From Deltaproteobacteria bacterium (GTDB lineage: Bacteria > Myxococcota_A > UBA9160 > SMWR01), in contig JAQBGU010000230.1 of the NCBI GenBank assembly GCA_032128375.1, positions 1-19,801 of the forward strand: 19,801 nt of DNA. The letters are read 5' to 3'. A program made the translations under genes and the position numbers. Below, one piece after another: positions 1 to 7,292 of the stretch; positions within the stretch are counted from its first letter, which is position 1; every line of letters begins with the position of its first letter. Below the pieces are notes generated by a model. The model did no database searches. It saw only the letters and a program-made list of their open reading frames with translations, and was not told where the DNA came from.

Positions 1-87
1 CGCGAACAACCGCTCAGTGACGCTTTGCGGCGGCAGAAGCGACGAAATTGGTCACTCCGGGCTGTCGCTTCCGCGGGCCCGACTCGG

Positions 88-117
88 TTGACAGCGCGGC
101 GCTGTGCTGGCTACGCT
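88..117 (+). promoter_or_regulatory. sigma70-type promoter for tRNA-Glu
   Basis: TTGACA (88-93), 18-nt spacer, TACGCT (112-117), then a GC-rich discriminator-like GCGCCGCC, 22 nt before the tRNA. Confidence 0.7.
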
Positions 118-139
118 GCGCCGCCTCGATGGCACGACC

Positions 140-216
140 GCTCCCCATCGTCTAGCGGTCCAGGACGGGGCCCTCTCAAGGCTCAAACACGGGTTCGATT
201 CCCGTTGGGAGCGCCA
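140..216 (+). tRNA. tRNA-Glu (anticodon CTC)
   Basis: Cloverleaf: acceptor GCTCCC(C)A/TGGGAGC, D arm GTCTAGCGGTCCAGGAC, anticodon stem GGGCC/GGCTC with loop CT-CTC-AA (CTC at 175-177), T arm ACGGG-TTCGATT-CCCGT, encoded 3' CCA. The 5' acceptor strand has one surplus C. Confidence 0.96.
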
Positions 217-339
217 GCTATTTCCGACAATACTTCCGACGAAACAAACGCCAGCTCCAGAAAATCGACCTCGCATAGTGCAACTGCTAGCGCAAGTGCA
301 AGACCGGTTCGGCGTGGCGCCGGCTCGTCCGACTGGGTC

Positions 340-906
340 ATGGCGTTCATGGACTGCGAATTCGGTGGGCTCGACCCGGAGTTCCACGACATCACCGAAG
401 TTGGGGTGATCCTGACCGACTACCGGTTGGTCGAATTGGCGCGGGCGGAGTGGAAGATTTTCGCCCGAGCCGAACGGATCAGCGCAGAGGGAGCCGCAAT
501 CGGCGGTTACAACGAGCAAGACTGGCAGGGTGCGCCGAAACTGCGCCGGGTCCTGACCGAACTCTGCGACATGCTGCCCAAAGGCGCGTTGGTGATCCCC
601 GCGGGACAAAATGTGCGGATGGATGTCCAGTTTTTGGAACGGGGGTTCCGCTCGTGCGAAATTCCCTACCCATTCGACTACCACGTGATCGACTTGGCGA
701 CGCTGTTCTACTCGTGGTCGCTGGTGACGGGGGAACCGCTCTCGGGGCTCTCTTTGCGCCAGGCTGCGTTGACGGCCGGGCTGATCGAGGACTCGGTCCC
801 GCATCGCGCCATGGCCGACACAGAGTTGACGCTGGACAGCTTCCGGCACTTCATCGGCCGACTCGCTCCGCGCGACAACATGGGGCGGCTCGGCTCAGGC
901 GATTGA
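340..906 (+). CDS. DEDDh-family 3'-5' exonuclease (DnaQ/oligoribonuclease-like)
   Basis: ExoI FMDCEFGGL, ExoII GQNVRMDVQFL, ExoIII HRAMAD. Start placed at ATG 340 because the longer ORF from 25 runs through the tRNA. Confidence 0.88.
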   Translation: MAFMDCEFGGLDPEFHDITEVGVILTDYRLVELARAEWKIFARAERISAEGAAIGGYNEQDWQGAPKLRRVLTELCDMLPKGALVIPAGQNVRMDVQFLERGFRSCEIPYPFDYHVIDLATLFYSWSLVTGEPLSGLSLRQAALTAGLIEDSVPHRAMADTELTLDSFRHFIGRLAPRDNMGRLGSGD

Positions 907-1506
907 TCGCGTCCCAGTGCCGCTACTCCGCAAAACGGCGGGTTGCGGCCCAAACTTTCGCAGGCACGACAGGTCGAATCCAGCCAACACGGGCATGATC
1001 CATCGTGCGGCCCAACTTCCAGAACGAAAGGTCACGGCCGAGTCGAAGTCGATCAGAACTGGCCGACCGTCGAGATCCGCTCGAACATTGCTGCGGTGAC
1101 GCAGATCGAGGTGCACGACTCCGCATTTGTGGAGCCCGGCGACGGCTACTCGGAGGCTTCGATCAAATTCCGGTGTGAATGTCCACGGCCGACGGCGGGT
1201 GAAACGCACTCCGCCCCGGTGCTCCAGCACGATCGCCAATGAGTCGATGGAACCCAACAGCCGCGGAACCGAGGGGTGTCCACTGAGCGCTTCTAAGGCG
1301 CGCCTCTCCCGACCGATCAACCAGCGACCCAAGCTCTTTGCGACCAGCGGACGACGCGGTGAGAAATCCTTCACGACAACGGGACCGTCGTCGGAGTCTA
1401 CCAACAACACGTCTGGACTCTCCCAACCACCGCTACGAAGCTTGACGACAGTTCGCTGAGCCAGATTCGCTCGCGTCAAACCTCGGACCGGTGCCATCGT
1501 CTTCAT
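895..1506 (-). CDS. protein-kinase-like fold protein (RIO1/Kdo-like phosphotransferase)
   Basis: VVVKDF lysine strand, RERRAL helix-C glutamate, catalytic loop VVHLDLRHRSNV, metal-binding LIDFD. Overlaps the exonuclease convergently by 12 bp. Confidence 0.8.
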   Translation of the reverse strand: MKTMAPVRGLTRANLAQRTVVKLRSGGWESPDVLLVDSDDGPVVVKDFSPRRPLVAKSLGRWLIGRERRALEALSGHPSVPRLLGSIDSLAIVLEHRGGVRFTRRRPWTFTPEFDRSLRVAVAGLHKCGVVHLDLRHRSNVRADLDGRPVLIDFDSAVTFRSGSWAARWIMPVLAGFDLSCLRKFGPQPAVLRSSGTGTRSIA

Positions 1507-1569
1507 AGCCGCAGCATACCCGCAACGTTAGTCAGAGGTGCCGTCGGGAGCAAATATCTGTTCCTGGAT

Positions 1570-1797
1570 CTAGCCTTCACTGGAACGCGGACGGCCGGAT
1601 TGCGTCAGCACCAGATCCCACAACTTCTTGCGAAGCCGCTCCTTGAATGCGGGATCTGCCTTCACATCTATCCCGTCCGCCTCGAGAAACTCGCGCAGCT
1701 CATCGAGTGTCACATCCGAGAACGCGTTCCCGGATGTCGGATCATTTTCCTTGGTCGCCATACCCCGCCCCGGTCCGAATCTGGTTCGGGCCCCCAT
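1570..1797 (-). CDS. small hypothetical protein coupled to ECF-B (possible anti-sigma/regulator)
   Basis: ATG overlaps the ECF-B stop (TGATG, 1799-1795); alternative ATG at 1761. Amphipathic helical core TLDELREFLEAD...DPAFKERLRKKLWDLV. Confidence 0.7.
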   Translation of the reverse strand: MGARTRFGPGRGMATKENDPTSGNAFSDVTLDELREFLEADGIDVKADPAFKERLRKKLWDLVLTQSGRPRSSEG

Positions 1798-2498
1798 CAG
1801 GCCACCAGTTCCGACAAGTGTTGCGCTGGAGCACCGACTTCAGCAAGTCCAGGGTCCACAGCCTCCACGAGCAGGCGCTTGACCCGATACAGACTCGAGC
1901 GAACCGAGTCACTCGAGCGCGACACCTCCTTCGCAATCTCGGCGATTGTCATATTCTGGAGGTGTCTCATGATAAATACCTGCGCGTGCCATTCGCCAAC
2001 CGAATCGAGTTGCTCCTGGATTGTCTCGGAGCAGCGCTGCAAACCGAGATGCTCTTCCGGAGAACACGATGCGAGTGAGGCGGGCGGCCGCACCAAATCG
2101 AGACGCGCACCCTCGAGACGTTGCCGTTGAGTCTTGGCCCGTCGCAAGTGATTGTTTACGGTATTCCGCGCGATCCCGTAGATCCACGAAACCAACAGCG
2201 ACTCACCGCGGTACGCATCGATGGACTTGAACACCGAGATAAAGGTCTCCTGAACCACCTCCTCAGTGTCTGCGTGATTTCGCAATCTCGCATGACTAAA
2301 ATTATAGATGCGCTGAAAGTAGCGGTTGTAGAGCAGATTGAACGCATCGTGGTCCGAATTCCGGATCGACTCGACGAGTTCGTCATCAGTAGTCTTCGAT
2401 TCAGCTTCAGTATAGTGATTGCCCGAATTCGTTGCTTGTTGATCAGCGACGGTCCTACTACGGGCGACAACTCGGTACTCAGCATTCTGTCGGGACAA
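1797..2498 (-). CDS. ECF sigma-70 family RNA polymerase sigma factor (ECF-B)
   Basis: Region 2 (DDELV...AFNLLYNRYFQRIY...DTEEVVQETF...SWIYGIARNT) and region 4 HTH (TIAEIAKEVSRSSDSVRSSLYR). Probable TTG start at 2498 with AGGAGA 6 nt upstream. Confidence 0.92.
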   Translation of the reverse strand: MSRQNAEYRVVARSRTVADQQATNSGNHYTEAESKTTDDELVESIRNSDHDAFNLLYNRYFQRIYNFSHARLRNHADTEEVVQETFISVFKSIDAYRGESLLVSWIYGIARNTVNNHLRRAKTQRQRLEGARLDLVRPPASLASCSPEEHLGLQRCSETIQEQLDSVGEWHAQVFIMRHLQNMTIAEIAKEVSRSSDSVRSSLYRVKRLLVEAVDPGLAEVGAPAQHLSELVA

Positions 2499-2552
2499 CG
2501 CGCATCTCCTGCGTTGGCCCCTCCCAGGCAGACCTTTCGGCCGCACACTCTG

Positions 2553-2583
2553 TATGTGTCCAGTCAGCGCAGTTCGTGGCAAC
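2553..2583 (-). promoter_or_regulatory. copy 1 of a duplicated 31-bp motif, candidate ECF-dependent promoter of ECF-B
   Basis: Minus strand GTTGCCACGAA-ctgc-GCTGA-ct-GGACAC-a-TA; 24/31 identical to 2875-2905; about 55 nt upstream of the TTG start. Confidence 0.55.
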
Positions 2584-2874
2584 AACGGGTGGATTTTTGT
2601 CGTTTCGCAGCAAGCCTTCACGTCGTGTGAAACGAACCTACGGTTTCGCGCAGGCGACCCGGTTGAGAAACGTCGCGCCAGTGGGCGATTTTCCCCATAC
2701 ACAATTTAGCGAAATCGATCACGGGAGGGACAGCACTGCTCTCGAACAAGCGAGCGAGCGAGCAAACGAGCGAATACCCGGAGCAGCGAACGCTGCCATC
2801 GTGGGGGTGGACGCAGAACGTCGATCAGGAACCTCAATCTGCGGCCACCGCGAACGTTTCGCCCGCTTACAAGA

Positions 2875-2905
2875 TAGGTGTCCTCTCAGCAGGCTTCGTG
2901 GCAAC
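2875..2905 (-). promoter_or_regulatory. copy 2 of a duplicated 31-bp motif, candidate ECF-dependent promoter
   Basis: Minus strand GTTGCCACGAA-gcct-GCTGA-ga-GGACAC-c-TA, just downstream of the ECF-A terminator. Confidence 0.55.
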
Positions 2906-2914
2906 TGAAGAGCC

Positions 2915-2956
2915 GGAAAGAAAGTGGCCGCGCGACGAGTCGCGCGGCCACTTTCT
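2915..2956 (-). terminator. intrinsic terminator after ECF-A
   Basis: Perfect 18-bp inverted repeat AGAAAGTGGCCGCGCGAC-ga-GTCGCGCGGCCACTTTCT (2919-2956), 18 nt past the stop; ends in TTTCTTTCC on the minus strand. Confidence 0.85.
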
Positions 2957-2974
2957 CAAACTGATTCCGCCAAA

Positions 2975-3562
2975 TTATCGCAAGTGCCCGATCACGGCCC
3001 TCAATCCTGGAGCCCCATCGGCGATCGAACGTCGCATTCGATACAGGTTCGCCTTGACCGCGTCTTCGGATTTCCCGAGCGCGATTGCAATCGCTCGAAT
3101 CGACTGACTCCGCAGGTGCTTGAGGTGAAAGATTCGACGCTGGAGCGGTGTCAACTCGAATTCGATGATCTCCTCGCAGCGCTGAAGCACTCGCCGCGCC
3201 TCGACGGCCTCGTCGGGCGGCGGGGCTTTCGAGCTGACCTCGACCGCCGCGTCGCTGTCCAGCGATACGATCCCCGGGCGCCTTCGCCGAAACCGGCGAT
3301 TGACCGTATTGCGCGTGATCCCAAAGATCCATACCAACAGCGAGGAACCGCCCTGGTAGCTTCCGAGAACTCGAAAGACCGTCAGGAACACCTCCTGACT
3401 GACGTCTTCAGCCTCAGCAGGATCTCGCAACCGCTTCAGCGCGAACCGATACACGCGCGGGAAGTAGGCCTCATAGAGCAGATTGAAGTGATCGATACTG
3501 CCAGCAAGAATCTTGTTGACCAATTCAGCGTCGCTCGTCCAACCCTTTTCTTGATTCGACAC
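2975..3562 (-). CDS. ECF sigma-70 family RNA polymerase sigma factor (ECF-A)
   Basis: Region 2 (SDAELV...FNLLYEAYFPRVY...EAEDVSQEVF...VWIFGITRNT) and region 4 (SIRAIAIALGKSEDAVKANLYR). GTG start at 3562 preceded by GGAGG. Confidence 0.92.
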   Translation of the reverse strand: MSNQEKGWTSDAELVNKILAGSIDHFNLLYEAYFPRVYRFALKRLRDPAEAEDVSQEVFLTVFRVLGSYQGGSSLLVWIFGITRNTVNRRFRRRRPGIVSLDSDAAVEVSSKAPPPDEAVEARRVLQRCEEIIEFELTPLQRRIFHLKHLRSQSIRAIAIALGKSEDAVKANLYRMRRSIADGAPGLRAVIGHLR

Positions 3563-3739
3563 GGTACCTCCGGCACTCCTTCTACCGGATCGAGGTTGAG
3601 ATGCGGATGGCGAGCTGCGCAATCGCGCAAACTCGGTAAGGACAGACCCCCAGTAGATCTGTCCAGCGCTTCCCGACCTCTTCTCCCCGGCGAAAGATGG
3701 CTTTTCAAGAGCTGGGACCGAAGTCCCAGTCTTTCTGTG

Positions 3740-3755
3740 AGCAAGCCTCGTGCCA
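3740..3755 (-). promoter_or_regulatory. sigma54 (RpoN) -24/-12 promoter of ECF-A
   Basis: Minus strand TGGCACG-AGGC-TTGCT matches TGGCACG-N4-TTGCW exactly; intergenic and correctly oriented; predicted TSS near 3729. Confidence 0.82.
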
Positions 3756-3853
3756 GGTGATTTGTTGCAGGTAAGAACGCTGAGAAATGCTTGATCCAAA
3801 ACATGAAATTGACGCGGTCGGCGGTCGAAACACGTTCGATTCGGGCTCTAGAG

Positions 3854-3876
3854 GAAGTGGAAAGTTTTTCCACTTC
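3854..3876. promoter_or_regulatory. palindrome, candidate enhancer-binding-protein upstream activator site
   Basis: GAAGTGGAAA-gtt-TTTCCACTTC, perfect 10-bp arms, centred about 136 bp upstream of the predicted sigma54 TSS. Confidence 0.55.
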
Positions 3877-3903
3877 TGGGCACTACCATTCACTCGAGTT
3901 GGC

Positions 3904-4395
3904 CTACAGCTTCCCGGGCTGAATCCACCATCGCCCCTCCACCCGCTCCCAGCGATCCAGACGCACCAACCCGACGCGCCCCGGTCGCAAGGGCCGATCG
4001 TCCTTACCGAGGAATCGGACTTGAACGAGCGCGCGGAACCGATTCTCGAACAGGAACTCTTCGACCAACAAGCTCTCGGGACGACTTCGCTCGAAATTGG
4101 CCTCGGCCAGGGTCTGGGCCAAATCGGCGTAGTAATCGAAGAACGCGTCTGGTGTGCGAAAGTGATCGCGAAGCCCCTTGTCATTGAACGTCTCGAGTGT
4201 GTTGAAGCGCCGCCGGATCAAACGACCGTAGAAGGTCTCGGCCCGCTTCATGAAATCGAGCGCGTACTCGCCAGACACGCCGACGCTCCCGGCTGGCGGC
4301 TTGGGGATATGCCCTGCCGTGGACGAACAGGCCAGACCTGCGAGCCCAATCGCCAATGCTGTCACGATACCCGCAACGGTCCGGTTGCCAACCAT
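3904..4395 (-). CDS. hypothetical lipoprotein
   Basis: Signal peptide and lipobox (RTVAGIVTALAIGLAGLA-C), followed by a globular-looking domain ending WERVEGRWWIQPGKL. Start ATG 4395, or TTG 4488 overlapping the glyQS end. Confidence 0.75.
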   Translation of the reverse strand: MVGNRTVAGIVTALAIGLAGLACSSTAGHIPKPPAGSVGVSGEYALDFMKRAETFYGRLIRRRFNTLETFNDKGLRDHFRTPDAFFDYYADLAQTLAEANFERSRPESLLVEEFLFENRFRALVQVRFLGKDDRPLRPGRVGLVRLDRWERVEGRWWIQPGKL

Positions 4396-4415
4396 TGCCA
4401 CCCCCGTGGCTACCC

Positions 4416-4469
4416 CCGAACCCATCGCCGAACCCATCGCCGAAATGATCGCCGAAATGATCGCCGAAA
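4416..4469. repeat. 12-bp tandem repeat, about 4.5 copies
   Basis: CCGAACCCATCG x2, CCGAAATGATCG x2, then partial CCGAAA. Confidence 0.9.
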
Positions 4470-4475
4470 CTACAG

Positions 4476-5813
4476 TCAGCCCGCGCAATCCAGGCGCTCC
4501 CTGACATGTGCAACCACTTGATCTATCGCGATCCGCTGCTGGTCCATGCTGTCCCGATCGCGCACCGTGACCTTGGCGTCGTCGACGGAATCGAAATCGT
4601 AGGTGACACAGTACGGAGTTCCTGCCTCGTCCTGCCTCCGGTACCGGCGTCCGATGTTCCCCGACTCGTCGTAAAACACATTGAAGTGCCGACGAAAGAG
4701 CGCTTCCAGCTGATGCGCCGGCTCGGCCAGCTTTTTCGACAATGGCAGAACCGCCACCTTTACAGGTGCGAGTGCTGGGTGGAGGCGCAGCACGATTCGC
4801 GAATCGCCCCCCTCGAGATCCTCTTCTGTGAAGGCATCGCAGAGCAGCGCCAAAACCGTTCGATCCATCCCGACCGACGTTTCGATCACCATCGGAGTAA
4901 ACCTCTGCTTTGCGTCTCCGCCGGTAACATCCAGGTCCTTGCCCGAATACTCCGAGTGCCGGGTAAGGTCCCAGTCGCCGCGATCGTGAATTCCCTCGAT
5001 TTCCTGCCAGCCAAAGGGAAAGTGATATTCGACGTCGACAGCGTTCTTGCAGTAGTGAGCCAGTTCGTCGGCCGCATGCGGTCGGGTCCTCAACGACTCG
5101 GGCGAAATTCCCAATTCCTCGTGAAATCGCAGCCGTTCGGCCTGCCAATGCTCGAACCATGACGCGCGTTCGTCCGGATGGCAGAAGAACTCCAGTTCGG
5201 CCTGCTCGAACTCTCGGGACCGGAAGGTGAAGTTTCTGGGATTGATTTCGTTGCGGAACGCCTTGCCGATCTGTGCGATCCCGAACGGCAGCTTCTGGCG
5301 CGCGGCCTCCCTGACGCGCTTGAAGCTGGTGAAAATCGGTTGGCATGTTTCCGGACGCAGGTAGGCGATCGCCGCGTCCTGCTCCGACGCGCCGATGCGC
5401 GTCTCGAGCATCAAATTGAACTGGCGCGGCTCGGTCAGATCGTGCTCCGAAGTCCCTTCTCGCGCCGAACACGGAGGCGCGCCTTCGAGATGATCCGCGC
5501 GAAAGCGCTTCTTGCAGGCGCGACAGTCGACCATCGGGTCGCTGAAATGCTCCGTGTGACCCGATGCATCCCAGGTCCGGGGATGGCCGATGATGGCGGT
5601 ATCCATGCCCTCGACATCCGGCCTTTCGCGGACGACTTTCTGCCACCAGCGAGCCTTCAAGTTGTTCTTCAACTCCACGCCGAGAGGCCCGTAGTCCCAG
5701 AAACCATTGATGCCGCCGTAAATTTCACTCGAGGGAAAAATGTATCCCCGCCTCGCGCATAGCGAAACCAGCGTATCGAGCCGATCCAATCGCCGGCTTG
5801 CCGCGTCTGACAT
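4476..5813 (-). CDS. glyQS: glycine--tRNA ligase, homodimeric (alpha2) type
   Basis: RRGYIFPSSEIYGG...WDYGPLGVELKNN, YLRPETCQPIF, GKAFRNEINPRNFTFRSREFEQ, C-terminal IGRRYRRQDEAGTP anticodon-binding domain. Confidence 0.96.
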   Translation of the reverse strand: MSDAASRRLDRLDTLVSLCARRGYIFPSSEIYGGINGFWDYGPLGVELKNNLKARWWQKVVRERPDVEGMDTAIIGHPRTWDASGHTEHFSDPMVDCRACKKRFRADHLEGAPPCSAREGTSEHDLTEPRQFNLMLETRIGASEQDAAIAYLRPETCQPIFTSFKRVREAARQKLPFGIAQIGKAFRNEINPRNFTFRSREFEQAELEFFCHPDERASWFEHWQAERLRFHEELGISPESLRTRPHAADELAHYCKNAVDVEYHFPFGWQEIEGIHDRGDWDLTRHSEYSGKDLDVTGGDAKQRFTPMVIETSVGMDRTVLALLCDAFTEEDLEGGDSRIVLRLHPALAPVKVAVLPLSKKLAEPAHQLEALFRRHFNVFYDESGNIGRRYRRQDEAGTPYCVTYDFDSVDDAKVTVRDRDSMDQQRIAIDQVVAHVRERLDCAG

Positions 5814-5900
5814 GATCCCCCCCCAACACCCAGCCCGTCTACGAGTCGACCACCGCTGATATGGGTAGTCGCTGGTTGGGTGGGGGCAGCAGTATATCCG

Positions 5901-6677
5901 CTATCCGCCGGATGGGGATCGCATCAGCTGATCCACGAAGTGCTCGCTGCGCAGTTCGACACCGAGATGGAAGCGTTGCAGGCGTCCCACCAGGCGATGA
6001 GCCTCGTCGAGTGGACCGGTGGCCATAGCGAGCCGGTCGAGCTGGTCCCAATCGAAGTCGAGTCCACGCTCCAACGTGCGAAGCGTGCCCCGATGAACGC
6101 GAATCAGTCCGTGCGATTGCGAGCTGCAGGGGTCACACACGACCCCTCCTTCCGGTACGGAGAACTCGATCGTCTGGGTCGCCAGTGCTGCCCCACAACG
6201 GACGCAGCGTGAGAACTCCGGTCGCAGACCCAGCGCGTCGAGGGCGCGCAGCTGGAGTAGTGTTCGGAAGCGCTCGTCGGGATTCCGTTCTGTCAGCGCT
6301 TTCAACGCACTTAGCGCGAAGCGAAACAATCGCTGCATTTCAGCACGAACGCCGTCTTCTGGAGTCAGGCGATCGAGGATCTCCAGCAGGTAACAACCGA
6401 GCGCGAAGCGCGTGGTTTCGACACGCAACCCCGTAAACGGTTCGATCAGTTTCGCGTGGTCCAGCCGCGCAAGGGCCCCGCGGTGGCGACGATCGACTTG
6501 GATCTGGACGTGGTTGAACAAATCCAGACTGCCTGGGAATCTCTTGACACTGCGGCGCGCGCCCTTTGCGATCGCGGCCAGCTTGCCCAACTCGGGAACC
6601 AGCAGGTGGATAATGAGATCTGACTCTCCGAACTCGACGTAGCGGAGAACCAGCGCCTCAGTTCGAAGGGTCGTCAC
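5901..6677 (-). CDS. recO: DNA repair protein RecO
   Basis: N-terminal EALVLR..FGESDLII...AKGARRS OB fold; Zn-finger CVRC...CDPC. Confidence 0.94.
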   Translation of the reverse strand: MTTLRTEALVLRYVEFGESDLIIHLLVPELGKLAAIAKGARRSVKRFPGSLDLFNHVQIQVDRRHRGALARLDHAKLIEPFTGLRVETTRFALGCYLLEILDRLTPEDGVRAEMQRLFRFALSALKALTERNPDERFRTLLQLRALDALGLRPEFSRCVRCGAALATQTIEFSVPEGGVVCDPCSSQSHGLIRVHRGTLRTLERGLDFDWDQLDRLAMATGPLDEAHRLVGRLQRFHLGVELRSEHFVDQLMRSPSGG

Positions 6678-6686
6678 GATTTCGCT

Positions 6687-7292
6687 CTATTCCAACTGTT
6701 CCGACGCCGACTTCCCACGCACGACCGGCTTCGCGGGCTGGCTGGGGTAGTCGCTGAGGTGGATGCTGGGTGGGGTACTGGGTGGGTGTGGGTGCTGAGA
6801 CGATTGCTGAGCTTGTTCCAAGGCGAGCGCCCGGACCGCGTCGCGTCGGTAGACGATCGCGGGTTCGTCGAGCGACCCTGCAAACCAATCGATTCGTTCC
6901 CAGACCCAGACGGCGGCGAGAATCATTCCGATCGCGATGGGCGCGGCCACCGCGATCGCGAGCCCGCGATAGTTTCGCGACCGCTGGTGTGCAATTTCGT
7001 GATCGGATGCGGGCGGCTCGCCCAACAGACGATTGATCGAATCTTCCGAATCGAGTCCCAGCGCGTCAGCGATCGTGCGCACGAACCCTCGAGAGAATCC
7101 GTCAGATTGGCCGTCGAATGCACCAGCCTCGAGACGCTCGAGGGATCGCCGCGGGATCTTCGTCGACTCCGCGAGATCATCAAGCGAAATCCCTCGCAGC
7201 CGCCGCTGGCGAGAAAGATAAGCCCCGATTGCCCCACCCGCGCGGTCGATCAACGGAGAAGTTGCAGGTACTCCTCGGACTTCGTGCTCCAC
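6687..7292 (-). CDS. RodZ-like XRE/HTH protein with one TM helix and a short C-terminal tail
   Basis: IGAYLSRQRRLRGISLDDLAESTKIPRRSLERLEAG...FSRGFVRTIADALGLD, TM LAIAVAAPIAIGMILAAVWVW. Start uncertain (GTG 7292, or TTG 7253 overlapping the upstream stop). Confidence 0.82.
   Translation of the reverse strand: MEHEVRGVPATSPLIDRAGGAIGAYLSRQRRLRGISLDDLAESTKIPRRSLERLEAGAFDGQSDGFSRGFVRTIADALGLDSEDSINRLLGEPPASDHEIAHQRSRNYRGLAIAVAAPIAIGMILAAVWVWERIDWFAGSLDEPAIVYRRDAVRALALEQAQQSSQHPHPPSTPPSIHLSDYPSQPAKPVVRGKSASEQLE

Noticed and set aside
130..145. TGGCACG as a sigma54 site near the tRNA
   Set aside because: No TTGC at the -12 position.
25..339. N-terminal extension of the exonuclease ORF
   Set aside because: Overlaps the tRNA and its promoter; no protein-like motifs.
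2499..2702. Long N-terminal extensions of the ECF ORFs (to 2702; also to 3799 for ECF-A)
   Set aside because: SD-supported starts lie downstream, and the extensions overlap promoter-like motifs.
4489..5646. 580-aa ORF 3904..5646
   Set aside because: The upstream part is an alternate frame of glyQS with Arg/Gly-rich composition; only the 3' lipoprotein part is credible.
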